From: Vitiosangium sp. GDMCC 1.1324
GTDB taxonomy: Bacteria > Myxococcota > Myxococcia > Myxococcales > Myxococcaceae
Length of the DNA stretch: 64,000 nt
Direction of reading: 5' to 3'
Assembly: GCF_003044305.1 (NCBI RefSeq)
Contig: NZ_PZOX01000005.1
Location: 515,493-579,492 of the forward strand
The translations under genes and the position numbers were made by a program. Each line of letters opens with the position of its first letter. Positions within the stretch are counted from its first letter, which is position 1. Below are positions 59,472 through 64,000 of this stretch, one piece after another. The notes beneath the pieces were generated by a model, which did not search any database, was not told where the DNA came from, and saw nothing but the letters and a program-made list of their open reading frames with translations.

Positions 59472-61013
59472 ATGAAGCTCTCGCTCGCCACCCGCATCTT
59501 CCTCGGTTACGCGGTGGTGCTCGTCACCTTCGGCGCCGTGTCCCTGTTCAGCGTGGCCGAGCTCCATCGCAACCGCCTGGAGATCCGCTTGGTGAGCCAG
59601 GGCTACCTGCAGCTCTCCCAGGACGCCGCCACGCTCGAGTCCATCCACGCCAATCAGGAGCGGGACACCGAGCGGTTGCTCGAGGAGGGCAGCGTGGAGA
59701 CGCGGCGGGCCCTCATCCGGCTCGCCCGGGTGTACCTGCCTACCCCCATGGAGCGGTTGCGGGCCGCCCAGGAACGGACCCGCGAGATGCGCGCCCTGGT
59801 CCCCGCGGGCGAGGTGCAGATCGTCATCCAGGAGCTGGAGTCGCGCTTCGGCGAGCTCGCCAACCGCTACCAGTCCTACGGCCGGGCGGCCGAGGCCGTC
59901 TTCACGGTGCTCTCCAGCGAGAGCCCCGCCACGGAGGAGGTGTCCCGCGCCACCGCCGAGCTGCGTCAGCATCAGGCCTCCATCGGCAGCGACATCCACC
60001 GCCTGCGCGCCGCCCTCAGCAACCGCATCCGCGAGCGCGTGGACGGGGCCGAGGACCGCGAGCGGCGCACGGGCCTGGCCATCATCACCCTGTCCGTGCT
60101 GGCCATCGGCGTGGGTCTGGGCGCCACCGCCTGGTCCGCCCGCACGCTGCGCCCGGTGCGCACCCTCATCGAGGGCGTGTCGCGCATCGGCCGCGGCGAC
60201 TACAGCGCGCAGCTCGGCGTGCGCGGCGACGACGAGGTGGCGGTGCTCGCCCGCAGCTTCGATGCCATGGCCCGCTCGCTCCAGGCGCGCGAGGCCCAGC
60301 TGAAGGCCCAGGCCGAGGCCCTCATGCGCGCCGAGCAGCTCGCCGCCGTGGGCCGCATCTCCGCCCAGGTCGCCCACGAGGTACGCAACCCCCTATCCTC
60401 CATCGGCCTCAACGTGGAGCTGATGCAGGACGCCTTCGAGCGCGCCACCTTCGAGTCCCCGGCCGATGCCCGCGAGGCGCGCGAGCTGCTCGCCGCCGTC
60501 ACCCGCGAGGTGGACCGGCTCACCGAGGTGACGGAGCAGTACCTGCGCATGGCCCGCCCGCCCAGGCCCAGCCTCGAGCCCACCGACGTCACCGAGGTGC
60601 TCGCCAGCGTGCTGGACTTCTCTCGCGAGGAGCTGGAGCGCGCCCACGTGGAGGTGGTGCGCGAGCTCACCCCGGACACGCCTCGCGCCCTGGCCGACGA
60701 GGGCCAGCTGCGCCAGGTGTTCCTCAACCTGCTGCGCAACGCCCGCGAGGCCATGCCCGACGGCGGCCGGCTCACCATCGCCACGCGCGTCCTCGAGCGC
60801 GAGCTGGAGGTCGCCCTCCAGGACACCGGCCGCGGCATGAGCGAGGCCGTGCGCTCGCGCATCTTCGAACCCTTCTTCTCCACCAAGGAAGACGGCACGG
60901 GGCTGGGCCTCGCCGTCTGCCAGCAGATCCTCAAGGCCCATGGCGGCGAGCTCTCGTGTCAGAGCGAGTCCGGCCAGGGCACCACCTTCTTCGTCAGGCT
61001 TCCCCGCGCATGA
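59472..61013 (+). CDS. HAMP-domain sensor histidine kinase
   Basis: An N-terminal TM, periplasmic region, second TM, HAMP domain, H-box AQVAHEVRNPL, and HATPase domain. Confidence 0.85.
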   Translation: MKLSLATRIFLGYAVVLVTFGAVSLFSVAELHRNRLEIRLVSQGYLQLSQDAATLESIHANQERDTERLLEEGSVETRRALIRLARVYLPTPMERLRAAQERTREMRALVPAGEVQIVIQELESRFGELANRYQSYGRAAEAVFTVLSSESPATEEVSRATAELRQHQASIGSDIHRLRAALSNRIRERVDGAEDRERRTGLAIITLSVLAIGVGLGATAWSARTLRPVRTLIEGVSRIGRGDYSAQLGVRGDDEVAVLARSFDAMARSLQAREAQLKAQAEALMRAEQLAAVGRISAQVAHEVRNPLSSIGLNVELMQDAFERATFESPADAREARELLAAVTREVDRLTEVTEQYLRMARPPRPSLEPTDVTEVLASVLDFSREELERAHVEVVRELTPDTPRALADEGQLRQVFLNLLRNAREAMPDGGRLTIATRVLERELEVALQDTGRGMSEAVRSRIFEPFFSTKEDGTGLGLAVCQQILKAHGGELSCQSESGQGTTFFVRLPRA

Positions 61014-62302
61014 GCTTCACCTACCACCGCGACGTCCTGCCCAACGGCCTGCGCGTCGTCACCGTCGAGACCCCGCACCTGCACACCGCCCTGCTCGCGG
61101 TGTACGTGCGCACCGGCAGCCGCCACGAGACGGCCGCCAACAACGGCGTCAGCCACTTCCTGGAGCACCTCTTCTTCCGCGGCACCGAGGGCTGGCCGGA
61201 TACCGTCAAGATGAACACCGCCGTGGAGGAGGTGGGCGGCAACCTCAACGGCGTCACCACCCGGGACCACGGCTACTACTACACCCCCCTGCACCCGGCG
61301 CACCTGGACGTGGGCCTGGCCATCATCGGCGACATGCTCACCCGACCCCGCCTCACCGACATGGAGGTGGAGCGCAACATCATCCTCGAGGAGATGCTCG
61401 ACGAGGTGGACGAGAAGGGCCGGGACATCGACATCGACAACCTGTCCAAGCGCGTGCTCTTCCCCGAGCACCCCCTGGCCTTCAAGATCGCCGGCACGAG
61501 CGAGTCCGTCTCGCGCCTCACCCACGAGCAGATTCGCGAGCACTTCGCTCGCCACTACGTCACCGGCAACCTGGTGGTGACGGCCGCGGGCCGGGTGAAG
61601 CGCGACGAGGTGCTCGCGATGGTGGAGCGCCACTTCGCGCGGCTGCCCCAGGGACCCGAGAGCCTCGACATCCCACCGCCCTCCACCCCCGCCGGGCCCC
61701 GCCTCCACATCGTCACCCATGACGAGTCCCAGACGGAGTTCCGCCTGAGCTTCCGCACCGTCCCCGAGCACCACGAGGACTGGCCCGCCCTGCAACTGCT
61801 GCGGCGCTTCCTGGATGACGGGCTGTCCTCGCGGCTGCCGTTTGAAATCGTGGAGAAGCGCGGGCTCGCCTATTCGGTGCATGCCTCGCTGGAGGCCTTC
61901 CACGACGCGGGCATCTTCGAGATCGAAGCCGCGAGCGCCCCGGAGCGGGCCTCGCTGGTGGTGGCGGAGACGTTCCGCGTGCTGGGCGAGCTGTGCGGCA
62001 CGGAGGTGAGCGAGGAGGAGCTGAACCGCGCCAAGCGGCGGCACCGGATGTTGCTGGAGTTCTCCCAGGACTCGCCGGGCGAGCTGGCCGGATGGTTCGG
62101 CGGCACGGAGCTGTTCCGCCGGCCCGAGTCCTTCGGCCTGCGCGCGGACCTGGTGGACGCAACGAGCGCGGCCCGGGTGCGCGAGGTGGCCCGGCGCTAC
62201 TTCGCCCGGGAGAACCTCACCGTGGTGGCCGTGGGCCAGCGCAAGGGCATCAAGGCCCTGGAGAAGGTGGTCGACACCGCCGAGGGGCTCCCGACCCGCT
62301 GA
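61010..62302 (+). CDS. M16-family (pitrilysin-like) zinc peptidase
   Basis: HFLEH inverted zincin motif. The start overlaps the kinase stop (ATGA). Confidence 0.85.
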   Translation: MSFTYHRDVLPNGLRVVTVETPHLHTALLAVYVRTGSRHETAANNGVSHFLEHLFFRGTEGWPDTVKMNTAVEEVGGNLNGVTTRDHGYYYTPLHPAHLDVGLAIIGDMLTRPRLTDMEVERNIILEEMLDEVDEKGRDIDIDNLSKRVLFPEHPLAFKIAGTSESVSRLTHEQIREHFARHYVTGNLVVTAAGRVKRDEVLAMVERHFARLPQGPESLDIPPPSTPAGPRLHIVTHDESQTEFRLSFRTVPEHHEDWPALQLLRRFLDDGLSSRLPFEIVEKRGLAYSVHASLEAFHDAGIFEIEAASAPERASLVVAETFRVLGELCGTEVSEEELNRAKRRHRMLLEFSQDSPGELAGWFGGTELFRRPESFGLRADLVDATSAARVREVARRYFARENLTVVAVGQRKGIKALEKVVDTAEGLPTR

Positions 62303-62540
62303 CTTCCACTTTCTCAAACTCAAAGAACACATCGTTGACAGGGAGATCCCCGCTCATCGAGGCTCTCCCCGAGACGTCGTCCGGGAGGCACGAGAAGAAC
62401 CCACCTCGGGAGTCAACTTCCGAGGCATCAAATGCCCGGAGAAGGTGATAGATGCCCATCGCCGAGGGGCGACCCAGCCCCGACGCTCGTCGCGGACGAT
62501 GGGGCTCCGAGCGGAGCCTCCTTCGCTCCAGGGATGCTCG

Positions 62541-63149
62541 ATGATGACCGCTGTCGCACCCCGGAAGGAACCCGTCATCTTCAGCCAGGTGGTGGAAGCG
62601 CTCTTCAAGCACGCCATCAAGAGGGAACGGTTCGACGAGAGCACCCGGAAGCGCCTCAAGACGATCGGCATCGACCTGGACCAGCCCTTCCTGGTCGCCT
62701 ACTCCATTCCCACCTGGTTCGCCGCCATCAACGTCTGTGCCGAGGTCCTCCACCCGGACCTCCCCAGCGAACAGGCCCGCTACCGGCTCGGCCGCCAGCT
62801 GGTGGATGGCTACGGGCAGACCACCATGGGCCGGGCCGTGTTCGCGATGCTCCGGATGCTCGGCTGGGAGCGGTCGCTGACGCGCATCTCCCGAGGGCTC
62901 CAGTCCGGGACCAACTACCTGGCGGCCCGGACCCGCTTCCTGGATGAAAACACCCTCGAGATGATCTTCGAGGTCATCCCCGAGTTCCACACCGCCCTCG
63001 GTCCGCAGCCTGGGATCGATCCGTACTTCATGAACGGCACGATGGACGGGATGATGGCACTGGTCGGCGCGCCGTTCGCGGGAGGCGAGCTGCAGCCCCT
63101 CGAGCCCGGCGCCCAGCACGTCGTCTACGTCCTGCGCCGCAAGGGCTGA
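62541..63149 (+). CDS. DUF2378/TIGR02265-like myxobacterial paralog-family protein
   Basis: Start taken at MMTAVAPRKEP. The family call is from memory and tentative. Confidence 0.6.
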   Translation: MMTAVAPRKEPVIFSQVVEALFKHAIKRERFDESTRKRLKTIGIDLDQPFLVAYSIPTWFAAINVCAEVLHPDLPSEQARYRLGRQLVDGYGQTTMGRAVFAMLRMLGWERSLTRISRGLQSGTNYLAARTRFLDENTLEMIFEVIPEFHTALGPQPGIDPYFMNGTMDGMMALVGAPFAGGELQPLEPGAQHVVYVLRRKG

Positions 63150-63159
63150 GCCTACGGGC

Positions 63160-63336
63160 TCACGCGTCCAGGGGCTCGAAGTCGGCCTTGGTCGCGCCGC
63201 ACTGGGGGCAGTACCAGTTGTCCGGAATCTTCTCGAAGGGAGTTCCCGGCGGGATGCCAGAGTCGGGATCGCCCTCGGCCGGGTCGTAGATGTGCTCGCA
63301 GACGGTGCAGCGGTAACGCTTGTTCATACCGTTCAT
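63160..63336 (-). CDS. Rubredoxin (58 aa)
   Basis: Manual reverse translation gives [58 protein letters not shown], with CxxC...CPxCG. It is below the length cutoff of the ORF track. Confidence 0.8.
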   Translation of the reverse strand: MNGMNKRYRCTVCEHIYDPAEGDPDSGIPPGTPFEKIPDNWYCPQCGATKADFEPLDA

Positions 63337-63392
63337 CTACCCTGTTCCCACCGGCCCCGCCCACCCTCTTGCGTCCATTGGAGCCCCAACGC

Positions 63393-64000
63393 TCAGCGCT
63401 CGCTCGCGTTCAGGTAACGGGTGATGCGCAGCTTCAGCGCCAACGGCGTGAGCGGCATGAACCAGGCGCCCAGCCGGTTGATGACGCCGGGCACCACCAC
63501 CGCCTTGCCTCGTACCAGGGCCCGGTAGCCCGCCTCGGCCACGTGCCGCGCGTCCCCACTCCCGAGCGGTCCACTGAAGAGACGGGGCCGCTGGTGCTCG
63601 GCCGCCCGCGCGGCGAACTCCGTCTCGGTGTACCCCGGACACAGGGCCGTCACCGTCACCCCCCGGCCCCTCAGCTCCTCGTGGAGTGCGGCGGAGAAGG
63701 ACAACACGTATGCCTTGGTGGCGTAGTACACGGACATGAACGGGCCAGGCTGGAAGGCCGCCGTCGACGCCACGTTGAGCACGTACCCGCGCCGCCTCGC
63801 CACCATCCCCGGGATGACCTCGCGGGTCAGCGAGGTGAGCGCCCGGATGTTGAGATCGAGCATCTCCAACTGCTGTCCGGCCGGTAGCTCGTCGAAGGGC
63901 CCCGCCAACCCGAAGCCGGCGTTGTTCACCAGCACCTCGACGTCGAGCTGGCGCTCCTTCACCTCGCGCATCACCGTGGCCACGCCCTCGGGCGCACCGA
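63393..64000 (-). CDS. Short-chain dehydrogenase/reductase (SDR), C-terminal part; N-terminus beyond window end
   Basis: LVNNAG, a YxxxK motif in YYATKAYV, and the frame stays open past 64000. Confidence 0.8.
   Translation of the reverse strand, partial: GAPEGVATVMREVKERQLDVEVLVNNAGFGLAGPFDELPAGQQLEMLDLNIRALTSLTREVIPGMVARRRGYVLNVASTAAFQPGPFMSVYYATKAYVLSFSAALHEELRGRGVTVTALCPGYTETEFAARAAEHQRPRLFSGPLGSGDARHVAEAGYRALVRGKAVVVPGVINRLGAWFMPLTPLALKLRITRYLNASER

Noticed and set aside
58536-62302. 825-aa and 965-aa plus-strand ORFs (58536..61013 and 59405..62302)
   Set aside because: The N-terminal portions are antisense to the Kelch lipoprotein. The real genes begin at 59472 (kinase) and 61010 (M16 peptidase).

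Overview
This is a 64-kb, roughly 68-70% GC window whose gene content looks like a Myxococcales chromosome, possibly Myxococcus or Corallococcus. It is densely coding on both strands. The first 18 kb hold a Kelch-repeat lipoprotein (minus strand, truncated at the window start), a MerR regulator divergent from a SAM methyltransferase, an MFS transporter, a quinone-oxidoreductase and DoxX gene pair with a divergent LysR regulator, two secreted protease genes and a short secreted protein. The 17.5-29.3 kb stretch holds map, a flotillin, an isc operon (iscS-iscU-iscA-hscB-hscA-fdx), tRNA-Leu(CAG) with a bidirectional terminator, and an MprF-like membrane protein paired with an AlkP-family phosphoesterase. 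After an Omp85-like barrel comes a HK - sigma54 EBP - HK operon divergent from an ABC FtsX/LolA-like export cluster with a candidate sigma54 promoter, then a mevalonate operon (fni-HMGR-mvk-mvaD-pmk) and htpX. The final stretch carries Kelch lipoproteins, a HAMP kinase translationally coupled to an M16 peptidase, a rubredoxin missed by the ORF track, and a partial SDR. The most unusual locus is at about 51.5-57.6 kb. It is a T6SS-style effector island with a DUF2169 adaptor, a ketosynthase-fold protein lacking the catalytic Cys, a DUF4150 (PAAR-like) toxin with a low-GC Cys-rich C-terminal domain, and an overlapping SUKH/SMI1-KNR4-like immunity gene. A TIGR02270-like/beta-repeat gene pair is divergent from it, with an AT-rich shared promoter region between them. 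A second notable locus at 12.0-16.8 kb is a 4-kb secreted-protease cassette bracketed by about 378-bp direct repeats that duplicate the promoter and 5' end of a secreted-protein gene, next to a 4x 21-bp array of alternating palindromic half-sites. Many long ORFs in the six-frame track are antisense or read-through artefacts of high GC and were rejected. No CRISPR array or transposase was found.
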